From the NCBI RefSeq assembly GCF_044647545.1, contig NZ_CP172818.1: DNA of 64,000 bases. One strand, written 5' to 3'. This DNA comes from Escherichia coli (GTDB taxonomy: Bacteria > Pseudomonadota > Gammaproteobacteria > Enterobacterales > Enterobacteriaceae). A program made the position numbers and the translations under genes. The notes beneath the pieces are model-generated. The model had not been told where the DNA came from. It did not search any database and worked only from the letters and a program-made list of their open reading frames with translations. Of the stretch, positions 50,167-62,417 are shown in pieces (position 1 is the first letter of the stretch; every line of letters starts with the position of its first letter).

Positions 50167-51210
50167 ATGCGTATTGAAGAAGATCTGAAGTTAGGTTTTA
50201 AAGACGTTCTCATCCGCCCTAAACGCTCCACTCTTAAAAGCCGTTCCGATGTTGAACTGGAACGTCAATTCACCTTCAAACATTCAGGTCAGAGCTGGTC
50301 CGGCGTGCCGATTATCGCCGCAAATATGGACACCGTAGGCACATTTTCTATGGCCTCTGCGCTGGCTTCTTTTGATATTTTGACTGCTGTGCATAAACAC
50401 TATTCTGTCGAAGAGTGGCAAGCGTTTATCAACAATTCTTCCGCTGATGTGCTGAAACATGTGATGGTTTCTACCGGCACGTCTGATGCGGATTTCGAAA
50501 AAACTAAACAGATTCTCGACCTGAACCCGGCATTAAACTTCGTTTGTATTGATGTGGCGAATGGTTATTCCGAACACTTCGTGCAGTTCGTTGCGAAAGC
50601 GCGTGAAGCGTGGCCGACCAAAACCATTTGTGCTGGCAACGTAGTGACTGGTGAAATGTGTGAGGAGCTTATCCTCTCCGGTGCCGATATCGTTAAAGTT
50701 GGCATTGGCCCAGGTTCTGTTTGTACAACTCGCGTCAAAACAGGCGTCGGTTATCCGCAACTTTCTGCGGTGATCGAATGCGCCGATGCTGCGCACGGTC
50801 TGGGCGGAATGATCGTCAGCGATGGCGGCTGCACCACGCCGGGCGATGTCGCGAAAGCCTTTGGCGGCGGTGCCGATTTCGTCATGCTTGGCGGCATGCT
50901 GGCGGGCCACGAAGAGAGCGGCGGTCGCATCGTTGAGGAGAACGGCGAGAAATTTATGCTGTTCTACGGCATGAGCTCCGAGTCTGCGATGAAACGTCAC
51001 GTTGGCGGCGTTGCGGAATATCGCGCAGCAGAAGGTAAAACCGTTAAGCTGCCGCTGCGAGGCCCGGTTGAAAATACCGCGCGTGATATTTTGGGCGGCC
51101 TGCGTTCAGCTTGTACATACGTTGGGGCTTCACGCCTGAAAGAGCTGACCAAGCGCACCACATTTATCCGTGTGCTGGAACAAGAAAACCGCATCTTCAA
51201 CAACCTGTAA
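50167..51210 (+). CDS. guaC: GMP reductase
   Basis: 347-aa IMPDH/GMPR-family ORF. Confidence 0.95.
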   Translation: MRIEEDLKLGFKDVLIRPKRSTLKSRSDVELERQFTFKHSGQSWSGVPIIAANMDTVGTFSMASALASFDILTAVHKHYSVEEWQAFINNSSADVLKHVMVSTGTSDADFEKTKQILDLNPALNFVCIDVANGYSEHFVQFVAKAREAWPTKTICAGNVVTGEMCEELILSGADIVKVGIGPGSVCTTRVKTGVGYPQLSAVIECADAAHGLGGMIVSDGGCTTPGDVAKAFGGGADFVMLGGMLAGHEESGGRIVEENGEKFMLFYGMSSESAMKRHVGGVAEYRAAEGKTVKLPLRGPVENTARDILGGLRSACTYVGASRLKELTKRTTFIRVLEQENRIFNNL

Positions 51211-51214
51211 TCTC

Positions 51215-51244
51215 CCAACGCTGGCGTGGAGCAACACGCCAGCG
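51215..51244. terminator. hairpin between convergent guaC and hofC
   Basis: aacgctggcgtg ... cacgccagcgtt inverted repeat. Confidence 0.5.
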
Positions 51245-52447
51245 TTATCCCATTCCACTCATCGCATCGCCTAAATGGAAAATTGGCAGATACATTGCCA
51301 CCACCAGCGTACCGATAATTCCTCCCGTTATGATCAGCAACGCCGGTTCCAGTAAGGCTGCGAGGTTATCCGCCAGCGCCAGTGTGTTATCCCGATGATG
51401 ATGGGCGAGGTTGTCTAACATGAGATCCAGCGAGCCGGATGCCTCTCCTGTTCTCACTAATTGCAAACAGAGCGGGCTAAACTCACCGGTATTTTTTAGC
51501 GCCAGCCAGATGGGGTGACCGTTACTGATATCGTGCTGGATTTGTGTCAGAAGTTGCACCCAGTACGGGCAGCGCATTGTTTCTCTGACGCTCTCAACGC
51601 CCTGTAAAAAAGTAATGCCTGCACTTTGTGTCAGCGCCAGAATCGTAAAGATCTGTGTGAGTTTTTGTCCCCGCATCAGTGAACCCATAATCGGGATGCG
51701 TAACAGCAATTTCTGCCGTGCGATAAGCCTGGTTGGGTGGCGCATCAGCAGCTTATTGGCTATCGCCAGCAGAAAGCCGAATAGCACCAGCAACCAACCC
51801 CATTCGCCACTAAAGCTTGCCAGCGTCATGATCCCCTGCGTTAGCGCCGGTAGCGGAGTGTTAAAGGTCTTATAGATAGCGGCAAACTCCGGCAGCACAA
51901 AATGCAGCATTGCCACAACCACCATGATTGCCATCGCTAAAATGATGATGGGATAACGCAACGCTGATTTCACTTTATCGGCTAACTGGCGCTGGGCTTT
52001 TTGCTGACGCGCCAGTTCAAAGCAGCATTCATCCAGCTTACCGGTTAGTTCACCCGTGCGGATCATCGCCTGATAGAGCGGCGGAAATACCTCTGACCAG
52101 GGTAATAAGGCATTGGAAAAAGCAATGCCCTGTTCGAGATCGAGCGCCAGTGATTGCAGCAACGCTTGCCATTGCTTACTGGGATGCTGTTCCGCCAGCA
52201 GTGCCAGCCCTTCAGAAAGCGTTAACCCGGCTTTGAGTAGCGTCGCCAGTTGATGAATGACTTCCGCGCTTTTATCTCCTCGCCACTGCGCAGAATTGAT
52301 GGCGATTCGCTTCAGGCTAAGTGGGGTAACCATCTGTTGCTGTAGTGCTATGAGCAGCAAAGCACGGCTCTCAGCCCATAGCATCCCATCTTGCGCATTG
52401 CCGTCGCCGGTTATGCCATGCCAGCGCCAGAGTTGCTTACTCGCCAT
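51245..52447 (-). CDS. hofC: type IV pilus / T2SS inner-membrane platform protein (GspF/PilC family)
   Basis: 400-aa ORF; synteny hofC–hofB–ppdD. Confidence 0.9.
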   Translation of the reverse strand: MASKQLWRWHGITGDGNAQDGMLWAESRALLLIALQQQMVTPLSLKRIAINSAQWRGDKSAEVIHQLATLLKAGLTLSEGLALLAEQHPSKQWQALLQSLALDLEQGIAFSNALLPWSEVFPPLYQAMIRTGELTGKLDECCFELARQQKAQRQLADKVKSALRYPIIILAMAIMVVVAMLHFVLPEFAAIYKTFNTPLPALTQGIMTLASFSGEWGWLLVLFGFLLAIANKLLMRHPTRLIARQKLLLRIPIMGSLMRGQKLTQIFTILALTQSAGITFLQGVESVRETMRCPYWVQLLTQIQHDISNGHPIWLALKNTGEFSPLCLQLVRTGEASGSLDLMLDNLAHHHRDNTLALADNLAALLEPALLIITGGIIGTLVVAMYLPIFHLGDAMSGMG

Positions 52448-53822
52448 GCGGCATCCCCAATACGCGGATTAACTCTTCAAAGGTGGTTAAGCCTTGCTCC
52501 ACGGCCAGGCAGCCGTTTTCAAAAAGCGTACGCATACCCGCCTGTCGGGCGTGTGTTTCCAGCGATTCAACGTCGGTATTAGCGGAAATAAGCTGGCGTA
52601 TGATCGGTGTTATGGGTAGAACTTCAAATAAGGCCGTACGACCATAAAAACCGTGGTAGCAATGTACACAACCGGGTGCTTGCCAGTGGGGCAGCGGCGA
52701 CGGCCATACATTGTCTGGAATATGGATGGGCTCCTCTTGCTGTCGGCGACAATGTGGGCAAAGTTTACGTACCAGACGCTGGGCTATTACCAGCGTAAGT
52801 GCCGATGAGAGCATCCAGCGAGCAACGCCCATTTGCTGTAAACGCACCAGCGTTTCGCAGGTGGAATTGGTGTGTAGCGTGGACAACACCAGGTGACCGG
52901 TTTGCGCGGCTTTTATGGCAATTTCTGCCGTTTCGCCATCGCGGATCTCTCCGATCATGATGACGTCAGGGTCCTGGCGCAATAACGCACGCAAAACGCC
53001 CTGAAAGGTAAGACCGGCACGCGAATGGATTTGCGTCTGGTTTAGTCCGGCTATGGGGATCTCAACCGGATCTTCGACGCTACAAATATTAATGTCAGCG
53101 GTATTCAGCGTTTGCAGGGCACTATAAAGCGTGACCGTTTTGCCGCTGCCTGTAGGGCCAGTTACCAGCACCAGTCCCTGTGGTTGTTGCAAGGCATGAG
53201 CAAAGTCCGCCAGTTGTAACGGCTGCATCCCCAGCTTGTTGACATCCAGTGCCTGGCTCACCTGCTGTAACAACCTTAATACCACCTTTTCACCACCCCG
53301 GCATGGTAAGGTCGCAATACGAAATGAGACGGCGTTTCCTGCCAGTTCGACAGTGAATTGCCCGTCCTGCGGCAGGCGATGTTCCGCAATATCCAGATTT
53401 CCCAGCACTTTTAATCTGGCGGTTAATGCGACTCCGGCATCCGGTGAAACGTCCGGTAAAGGATGCAATACGCCGTCGATACGCAAGCGGATGCGGTAGG
53501 CATTGTCCGCTGGTTCGATATGAATATCAGACGCGCGTTGTTCCAGCGCAGACTGTAACGTTCGAGTCAGCAACTCTGCTTTGGGCTGATGCTTCTCCTG
53601 AACAGCTACGGGCAATGTCTGTTGTGTGCGACTGGCGTGACCTTCCATTTGTTGGCGCGTCCAGCAGGTGATCTCAATACGTTTGGTGGTAGCGAAATGC
53701 AATGCGTCCAGTAGCTCATGCGAAGGTGCATCGACTACCGCAACATGAACCACCTCTTCGCTGGCATCCAGCAAGACTCCCTGATAACGCAGACACAGGG
53801 CGGTGAGCTGTGGAATATTCAT
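52437..53822 (-). CDS. hofB: type IV pilus assembly ATPase (GspE/PilB family)
   Basis: 461-aa ORF with Walker A GPTGSGKT and a C-terminal Cys cluster. Confidence 0.9.
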   Translation of the reverse strand: MNIPQLTALCLRYQGVLLDASEEVVHVAVVDAPSHELLDALHFATTKRIEITCWTRQQMEGHASRTQQTLPVAVQEKHQPKAELLTRTLQSALEQRASDIHIEPADNAYRIRLRIDGVLHPLPDVSPDAGVALTARLKVLGNLDIAEHRLPQDGQFTVELAGNAVSFRIATLPCRGGEKVVLRLLQQVSQALDVNKLGMQPLQLADFAHALQQPQGLVLVTGPTGSGKTVTLYSALQTLNTADINICSVEDPVEIPIAGLNQTQIHSRAGLTFQGVLRALLRQDPDVIMIGEIRDGETAEIAIKAAQTGHLVLSTLHTNSTCETLVRLQQMGVARWMLSSALTLVIAQRLVRKLCPHCRRQQEEPIHIPDNVWPSPLPHWQAPGCVHCYHGFYGRTALFEVLPITPIIRQLISANTDVESLETHARQAGMRTLFENGCLAVEQGLTTFEELIRVLGMPHGE

Positions 53823-53831
53823 TGCCGCTCC

Positions 53832-54272
53832 TTAGTTGGCGTCATCAAAGCGGAAGACATCTTCGCAGGCTTGCTGCAATGCGCTGTCACTTTGAATATT
53901 GCAGTTGCGCGTCCAGCCGGTGACGCCGTTTGCGTTATCCCAACCCGGCGTCATGACGACGCTTAGCCCATTGAGACTTTCTTGCCCGGTCAGCGACACC
54001 ACGCCCTTTGCCACACTCATGGCTGAAACATAGCGGGTGGTGGTAGGCGAAGGAATGCCATTGCTGCCACCGTCGCAGGTATTTAATCCACCATGTTCCA
54101 GCGCGCACAACTCTACGGCGGTACGGTAAGGCACAAAGGTTTGTAGCATGTCGGTGAGTGCGGCTTTGCGCAGGTAGTTTTGATAAGCGGGAATACCAAT
54201 GGCGCTTAAAATGGCAATGATGCCAATAACCACCATCAGTTCGATAAGTGTAAAACCGCGTTGCTTGTCCAT
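53832..54272 (-). CDS. ppdD: prepilin-peptidase-dependent type IV pilin
   Basis: 146-aa ORF, MDKQRGFTLIELMVVIGIIAILSAIGIP (class III signal peptide). Confidence 0.9.
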   Translation of the reverse strand: MDKQRGFTLIELMVVIGIIAILSAIGIPAYQNYLRKAALTDMLQTFVPYRTAVELCALEHGGLNTCDGGSNGIPSPTTTRYVSAMSVAKGVVSLTGQESLNGLSVVMTPGWDNANGVTGWTRNCNIQSDSALQQACEDVFRFDDAN

Positions 54273-54474
54273 TTGTTTCGCTCCTTGATTTGGTTGGCGC
54301 TACTTTGGCAAACGCCATCAGCACAAGCGAGGGGCAAAAAACGAAACGGGAAAGCAGCTTCCGGAGTTTTTTATTACGTTGCAGCGAAAGACAAGAAATT
54401 TGCGAGGCGTTACGAAGAAAGTTGGGAAAGGGGAGATTATCCGCCCGCGATGGAGCGGATAAATCTGTCAGCAA

Positions 54475-55428
<954 letters not shown>

Positions 55429-55455
55429 TTAGCACCACATATAAGGAGATCCTGC

Positions 55456-56007
55456 ATGTTGTTAGAACAGGGGTGGCTGGCTGGCGCGCGCCGCGTTCCC
55501 TCACCACATTACGATTGCCGCCCGGATGACGAAACACCCACCCTGCTGGTGGTGCACAATATTAGCCTGCCGCCAGGCGAGTTTGGCGGTCCGTGGATCG
55601 ACGCATTATTCACTGGAACTATTGATCCGCAGGCACATCCTTTCTTTGCTGAGATCGCCCATTTGCGCGTCTCCGCTCACTGTTTGATTCGCCGCGATGG
55701 TGAAATAGTCCAGTATGTTCCTTTCGATAAACGTGCCTGGCATGCCGGAGTCTCTCAGTATCAGGGGCGCGAACGCTGCAATGATTTTTCTATTGGGATT
55801 GAGCTGGAAGGCACCGATACGCTGGCGTATACCGATGCGCAGTATCAACAGCTTGCGGCGGTTACGCGGGCACTGATTGATCGCTATCCGGATATCGCTA
55901 ATAACATGACGGGCCATTGTGATATTGCGCCGGATCGGAAAACCGATCCCGGTCCTGCATTTGATTGGGCACGGTTTCGTGCACTGATCAGCAAGGAGAC
56001 AACATGA
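55456..56007 (+). CDS. ampD: 1,6-anhydro-N-acetylmuramyl-L-alanine amidase
   Basis: 183-aa ORF, amidase_2 fold. Confidence 0.9.
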   Translation: MLLEQGWLAGARRVPSPHYDCRPDDETPTLLVVHNISLPPGEFGGPWIDALFTGTIDPQAHPFFAEIAHLRVSAHCLIRRDGEIVQYVPFDKRAWHAGVSQYQGRERCNDFSIGIELEGTDTLAYTDAQYQQLAAVTRALIDRYPDIANNMTGHCDIAPDRKTDPGPAFDWARFRALISKETT

Positions 56008-56858
56008 CGCTATTTACAACCTTACTGGTGTTAATTTTCGAGCGCCTGTTTAAGTTGGGCGAGCACTGGCAGCTTGATCATCGTCTTGAAGCGTTCTTTC
56101 GGCGGGTGAAACATTTTTCTCTCGGGCGCACATTAGGCATGACCATTATTGCGATGGGCGTGACTTTTTTACTGTTACGCACATTGCAGGGAGTATTATT
56201 CAACGTTCCCACGCTGCTGGTGTGGCTGCTGATTGGTTTGCTGTGTATTGGCGCAGGTAAAGTTCGTCTTCATTATCATGCTTATCTGACAGCTGCTTCA
56301 CGTAATGATAGCCATGCCCGTGCCACGATGGCTGGCGAACTCACCATGATTCACGGCGTCCCGGCAGGCTGCGATGAACGTGAGTATTTGCGTGAGCTGC
56401 AAAATGCATTGCTGTGGATTAACTTTCGTTTTTATCTTGCACCGCTGTTCTGGCTGATTGTGGGGGGAACCTGGGGACCCGTTACGCTGATGGGGTATGC
56501 GTTTTTGCGTGCATGGCAATACTGGCTGGCGCGTTACCAGACGCCGCATCATCGTTTACAGTCCGGCATTGATGCCGTGCTTCATGTACTGGATTGGGTG
56601 CCGGTTCGTCTTGCGGGTGTGGTATATGCCTTGATCGGTCATGGGGAGAAAGCGTTACCGGCCTGGTTTGCTTCGCTGGGTGATTTCCATACTTCGCAAT
56701 ATCAGGTATTAACGCGTCTGGCGCAGTTCTCTCTGGCGCGTGAACCGCATGTCGATAAGGTGGAGACGCCGAAGGCAGCGGTTTCCATGGCGAAGAAAAC
56801 CTCGTTCGTGGTCGTGGTGGTAATTGCGCTACTGACGATTTACGGGGCGTTGGTGTAA
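56004..56858 (+). CDS. ampE: AmpE inner membrane protein
   Basis: Start set at [15 protein letters not shown] (284 aa), overlapping the ampD stop. Confidence 0.9.
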   Translation: MTLFTTLLVLIFERLFKLGEHWQLDHRLEAFFRRVKHFSLGRTLGMTIIAMGVTFLLLRTLQGVLFNVPTLLVWLLIGLLCIGAGKVRLHYHAYLTAASRNDSHARATMAGELTMIHGVPAGCDEREYLRELQNALLWINFRFYLAPLFWLIVGGTWGPVTLMGYAFLRAWQYWLARYQTPHHRLQSGIDAVLHVLDWVPVRLAGVVYALIGHGEKALPAWFASLGDFHTSQYQVLTRLAQFSLAREPHVDKVETPKAAVSMAKKTSFVVVVVIALLTIYGALV

Positions 56859-56867
56859 AGATTATTG

Positions 56868-56891
56868 CCCTCACCCTGCACGGGTGAGGGC
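56868..56891. terminator. hairpin between convergent ampE and aroP
   Basis: ccctcaccc tgcacg ggtgaggg inverted repeat. Confidence 0.5.
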
Positions 56892-56900
56892 GTAGAGAGA

Positions 56901-58274
56901 TTAATGCGCTTTTACGGCTTTGGCGGTTTTCTCTTTAAACAGATAGCCGATACCTAACACGATCAGCCATACCGGGATCAGGTATACCGAAATCGCCATT
57001 CCTGGGGTCATCAGCATAATCACCAATACCGCCGCCATAAACAGCAGGCAGATCCAGTTACCCAGCGGATAAAGCAGAGCAGGGAAGCGAGTTACCACGC
57101 CTTGTTCCTGCTTGGCGCGACGGAATTTCATATGCGCCAGGCTAATCATCGCCCAGTTGATGACCAGTGCAGATACCACCAGCGCCATTAACAGGCCGAA
57201 TGCGGATTCCGGTGCAAGGTAGTTAATCAGCACGCACAATGCCGTAACCAGCGCAGACACCAGAATAGTATTAACCGGTACACCGCGTTTGTCGACAGAC
57301 GCCAGCGCTTTTGGCGCGTTGCCCTGTTGTGCCAGACCAAACAGCATACGGCTGTTGCAATATACGCAGCTGTTGTACACGGAGAGCGCCGCAGTCAGTA
57401 CCACGATGTTCAGCGCATTTGCCACAAAGGTATCGCCTAACTCGTGGAAGATCAGCACAAACGGGCTGGTGTCAGCGGTAACGCGTGTCCACGGCATCAG
57501 TGAGAGCAGAACGGCTAACGAACCAATGTAGAAAATCAGGATGCGGTAGATAACCTGGTTAGTCGCTTTTGGAATACTTTGCTCCGGGTTATCTGCTTCT
57601 GCTGCGGTGATGCCCACCAGTTCCAGACCACCGAAAGAGAACATGATAATCGCCATCATCATCACCAGCCCGGTGAAGCCGTGCGGCAGGAAACCACCCT
57701 GATCCCACAGGTTGCTAACGGTCGCCTGCGGGCCGCCGTTGCCACTGAATAGCAGCCAGCCGCCGAAGATGATCATCGCTACCACCGCGATAACTTTGAT
57801 AATGGCAAACCAGAACTCCATCTCGCCAAACACTTTTACGTTTGTCAGGTTGATGGCGTTGATCACCACAAAGAACACGGCGGCAGAAACCCAGGTGGGG
57901 ATTTCCGGATACCAGAACTGAATGTATTTACCCACGGCAGTCAGCTCTGCCATGGCAACTAAAACGTACAGTACCCAGTAGTTCCAGCCAGAGGCGAAAC
58001 CGGCAAAACTGCCCCAGTATTTATAAGCAAAGTGGCTAAAGGAGCCTGCGACAGGTTCTTCGACCACCATTTCACCTAGCTGACGCATGATCAGAAAGGC
58101 GATAAAACCAGCAATGGCGTAACCCAGGATAATCCCTGGCCCTGCAGACTGTATTACGGAGGCGCTACCCAGGAATAGCCCGGTCCCTATCGCGCCACCC
58201 AGCGCGATAAGCTGAATATGGCGGTTTTTAAGGCCGCGCTTTAGCTGCTCGCCGTGCTGTTGACCTTCCATCAT
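56901..58274 (-). CDS. aroP: aromatic amino acid:H+ symporter (APC family)
   Basis: 457-aa polytopic ORF, MMEGQQHGEQLKRGLKNRHIQLIALGGAIGTGLF. Confidence 0.95.
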   Translation of the reverse strand: MMEGQQHGEQLKRGLKNRHIQLIALGGAIGTGLFLGSASVIQSAGPGIILGYAIAGFIAFLIMRQLGEMVVEEPVAGSFSHFAYKYWGSFAGFASGWNYWVLYVLVAMAELTAVGKYIQFWYPEIPTWVSAAVFFVVINAINLTNVKVFGEMEFWFAIIKVIAVVAMIIFGGWLLFSGNGGPQATVSNLWDQGGFLPHGFTGLVMMMAIIMFSFGGLELVGITAAEADNPEQSIPKATNQVIYRILIFYIGSLAVLLSLMPWTRVTADTSPFVLIFHELGDTFVANALNIVVLTAALSVYNSCVYCNSRMLFGLAQQGNAPKALASVDKRGVPVNTILVSALVTALCVLINYLAPESAFGLLMALVVSALVINWAMISLAHMKFRRAKQEQGVVTRFPALLYPLGNWICLLFMAAVLVIMLMTPGMAISVYLIPVWLIVLGIGYLFKEKTAKAVKAH

Positions 58275-58766
58275 GAAACCTCGTGCGGTGATTGTTTTTT
58301 TGATCTACGCAGTGATGCGTGTGTAAGTTTGCAATTCCGTTTGTTGTATTAATTTGTTTACATCAAAGAAGTTTGAATTGTTACAAAAAGACTTCCGTCA
58401 GATCAAGAATAATGGTATGTGACAGCGAATGCACCCGCTTTATGCATGGTTGAAGATGAGTTGCTTAAAAAGAAACCGTTTGTAAAGCTCAGCCTCAACC
58501 CCTCTCAATATGCAGAATGAATTTAAATTCGTTTTAATTGAATTAAAAATCACAAAATTGGTAAGTGAATCGGTTCAATTCGGATTTTTATAGTTTAATA
58601 ATCGTTAAAAAATCCCTTTCCTACGTAAAGTCTACATTTGTGCATAGTTACAACTTTGAAACGTTATATATGTCAAGTTGTTAAAATGTGCACAGTTTCA
58701 TGATTTCAATCAAAACCTGTATGGACATAAGGTGAATACTTTGTTACTTTAGCGTCACAGACATGA

Positions 58767-58783
58767 AATTGGTAAGACCAATT
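58767..58783. promoter_or_regulatory. PdhR operator palindrome (aattggtaagaccaatt) at the pdhR promoter
   Basis: Perfect inverted repeat ATTGGT-nnn-ACCAAT about 30 bp upstream of the pdhR start. Confidence 0.8.
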
Positions 58784-58814
58784 GACTTCGGCAAGTGGCT
58801 TAAGACAGGAACTC

Positions 58815-59579
58815 ATGGCCTACAGCAAAATCCGCCAACCAAAACTCTCCGATGTGATTGAGCAGCAACTGGAGTTTTTGATCCTCGAAGGCACTCTCCG
58901 CCCGGGCGAAAAACTCCCACCGGAACGCGAACTGGCAAAACAGTTTGACGTCTCCCGTCCCTCATTGCGTGAGGCGATTCAACGTCTCGAAGCGAAGGGC
59001 TTGTTGCTTCGTCGCCAGGGTGGCGGCACTTTTGTCCAGAGCAGCCTATGGCAAAGCTTCAGCGATCCGCTGGTGGAGCTGCTCTCCGACCATCCTGAAT
59101 CACAGTATGACTTGCTCGAAACACGACACGCCCTGGAAGGTATCGCCGCTTATTACGCCGCGCTGCGTAGTACCGATGAAGACAAGGAACGCATCCGTGA
59201 ACTCCACCACGCTATAGAGCTGGCGCAGCAGTCTGGCGATCTGGACGCGGAATCAAACGCCGTACTCCAGTATCAGATTGCCGTCACCGAAGCGGCCCAC
59301 AATGTGGTTCTGCTTCATCTGCTAAGGTGTATGGAGCCGATGTTGGCCCAGAATGTCCGCCAGAACTTCGAATTGCTCTATTCGCGTCGCGAGATGCTGC
59401 CGCTGGTGAGTAGTCACCGCACCCGCATATTTGAAGCGATTATGGCCGGTAAGCCGGAAGAAGCGCGCGAAGCATCGCATCGCCATCTGGCCTTTATCGA
59501 AGAAATTTTGCTCGACAGAAGCCGTGAAGAGAGCCGCCGTGAGCGTTCTCTGCGTCGTCTGGAGCAACGAAAGAATTAG
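58815..59579 (+). CDS. pdhR: pyruvate dehydrogenase complex repressor (GntR family)
   Basis: Track ORF 58782..59579; start set at [14 protein letters not shown] (254 aa). Confidence 0.9.
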
Positions 59580-59739
59580 TGATTTTTCTGGTAAAAATTA
59601 TCCAGAAGATGTTGTAAATCAAGCGCATATAAAAGCGCGGCAACTAAACGTAGAACCTGTCTTATTGAGCTTTCCGGCGAGAGTTCAATGGGACAGGTTC
59701 CAGAAAACTCAACGTTATTAGATAGATAAGGAATAACCC

Positions 59740-62403
59740 ATGTCAGAACGTTTCCCAAATGACGTGGATCCGATCGAAACTCGCGACTGGCTCCAGGCGA
59801 TCGAATCGGTCATCCGTGAAGAAGGTGTTGAGCGTGCTCAGTATCTGATCGACCAACTGCTTGCTGAAGCCCGCAAAGGCGGTGTCAACGTAGCCGCAGG
59901 CACCGGTATCAGCAACTACATCAACACCATCCCCGTTGAAGAACAACCGGAGTATCCGGGTAATCTGGAACTGGAACGCCGTATTCGTTCAGCTATCCGC
60001 TGGAACGCCATCATGACGGTTCTGCGTGCGTCGAAAAAAGACCTCGAACTGGGCGGCCACATGGCGTCCTTCCAGTCTTCCGCAACCATTTATGATGTGT
60101 GCTTTAACCACTTCTTCCGTGCACGCAACGAGCAGGATGGCGGCGACCTGGTTTACTTCCAGGGCCACATCTCCCCGGGCGTTTACGCTCGTGCTTTCCT
60201 GGAAGGTCGTCTGACTCAGGAGCAGCTGGATAACTTCCGTCAGGAAGTTCACGGCAATGGCCTCTCTTCCTATCCGCACCCGAAACTGATGCCGGAATTC
60301 TGGCAGTTCCCGACCGTATCTATGGGTCTGGGTCCGATTGGTGCTATTTACCAGGCTAAATTCCTGAAATATCTGGAACACCGTGGCCTGAAAGATACCT
60401 CTAAACAGACCGTTTACGCGTTCCTCGGCGACGGTGAAATGGACGAACCGGAATCCAAAGGTGCGATCACCATCGCTACTCGTGAAAAACTGGATAACCT
60501 GGTCTTCGTTATCAACTGTAACCTGCAGCGTCTTGACGGCCCGGTCACCGGTAACGGCAAGATCATCAACGAACTGGAAGGCATCTTCGAAGGTGCTGGC
60601 TGGAACGTGATCAAAGTGATGTGGGGTAGCCGTTGGGATGAACTGCTGCGTAAAGATACCAGCGGTAAACTGATCCAGCTGATGAACGAAACCGTTGACG
60701 GCGACTACCAGACCTTCAAATCGAAAGATGGTGCGTACGTTCGTGAACACTTCTTCGGTAAATATCCTGAAACCGCAGCACTGGTTGCAGACTGGACTGA
60801 CGAGCAGATCTGGGCACTGAACCGTGGTGGTCACGATCCGAAGAAAATCTACGCTGCATTCAAGAAAGCGCAGGAAACCAAAGGCAAAGCGACAGTAATC
60901 CTTGCTCATACCATTAAAGGTTACGGCATGGGCGACGCGGCTGAAGGTAAAAACATCGCGCACCAGGTTAAGAAAATGAACATGGACGGCGTGCGTCACA
61001 TCCGCGACCGTTTCAATGTGCCGGTGTCTGATGCAGATATCGAAAAACTGCCGTACATCACCTTCCCGGAAGGTTCTGAAGAGCATACCTATCTGCACGC
61101 TCAGCGTCAGAAACTGCACGGTTATCTGCCAAGCCGTCAGCCGAACTTCACCGAGAAGCTTGAGCTGCCGAGCCTGCAAGACTTCGGCGCGCTGCTGGAA
61201 GAGCAGAGCAAAGAGATCTCTACCACTATCGCTTTCGTTCGTGCCCTGAACGTAATGCTGAAGAACAAGTCGATCAAAGACCGACTGGTGCCGATCATCG
61301 CCGACGAAGCGCGTACTTTCGGTATGGAAGGTCTGTTCCGTCAGATTGGTATTTACAGCCCGAACGGTCAGCAGTACACCCCGCAGGACCGCGAGCAGGT
61401 TGCTTACTATAAAGAAGACGAGAAAGGTCAGATTCTGCAGGAAGGGATCAACGAGCTGGGCGCTGGGTGTTCCTGGCTGGCAGCGGCGACCTCTTACAGC
61501 ACCAACAATCTGCCGATGATTCCGTTCTACATCTATTACTCGATGTTCGGCTTCCAGCGTATCGGCGATCTGTGCTGGGCGGCTGGTGACCAGCAAGCGC
61601 GTGGCTTCCTGATCGGCGGTACTTCCGGTCGTACCACCCTGAACGGCGAAGGTCTGCAGCACGAAGATGGTCACAGCCACATTCAGTCGCTGACTATCCC
61701 GAACTGTATCTCTTACGACCCGGCTTACGCTTACGAAGTTGCTGTCATCATGCATGACGGTCTGGAGCGTATGTACGGTGAAAAACAAGAGAACGTTTAC
61801 TACTACATCACTACGCTGAACGAAAACTACCACATGCCGGCAATGCCGGAAGGTGCTGAGGAAGGTATCCGTAAAGGTATCTACAAACTCGAAACCATTG
61901 AAGGTAGCAAAGGTAAAGTTCAGCTGCTGGGCTCCGGTTCTATCCTGCGTCACGTCCGTGAAGCGGCAGAGATCCTGGCGAAAGACTACGGCGTAGGTTC
62001 TGACGTTTATAGCGTGACCTCATTCACCGAACTGGCGCGTGATGGTCAGGATTGTGAACGCTGGAACATGCTGCACCCGCTGGAAACTCCGCGCGTTCCG
62101 TATATCGCTCAGGTGATGAATGACGCTCCGGCAGTGGCATCTACCGACTATATGAAACTGTTCGCTGAGCAGGTCCGTACTTACGTACCGGCTGACGACT
62201 ACCGCGTACTGGGTACTGATGGCTTCGGTCGTTCCGACAGCCGTGAGAACCTGCGTCACCACTTCGAAGTTGATGCTTCTTATGTCGTGGTTGCGGCGCT
62301 GGGCGAACTGGCTAAACGTGGCGAAATCGATAAGAAAGTGGTTGCTGACGCAATCGCCAAATTCAACATCGATGCAGATAAAGTTAACCCGCGTCTGGCG
62401 TAA
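59740..62403 (+). CDS. aceE: pyruvate dehydrogenase E1 component
   Basis: 887-aa [27 protein letters not shown]... Confidence 0.97.
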
Positions 62404-62417
62404 GAGGTAAAAGAATA

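Noticed and set aside
59989-61953. 654-aa minus-strand ORF
   Set aside because: Antisense within aceE; no independent support.
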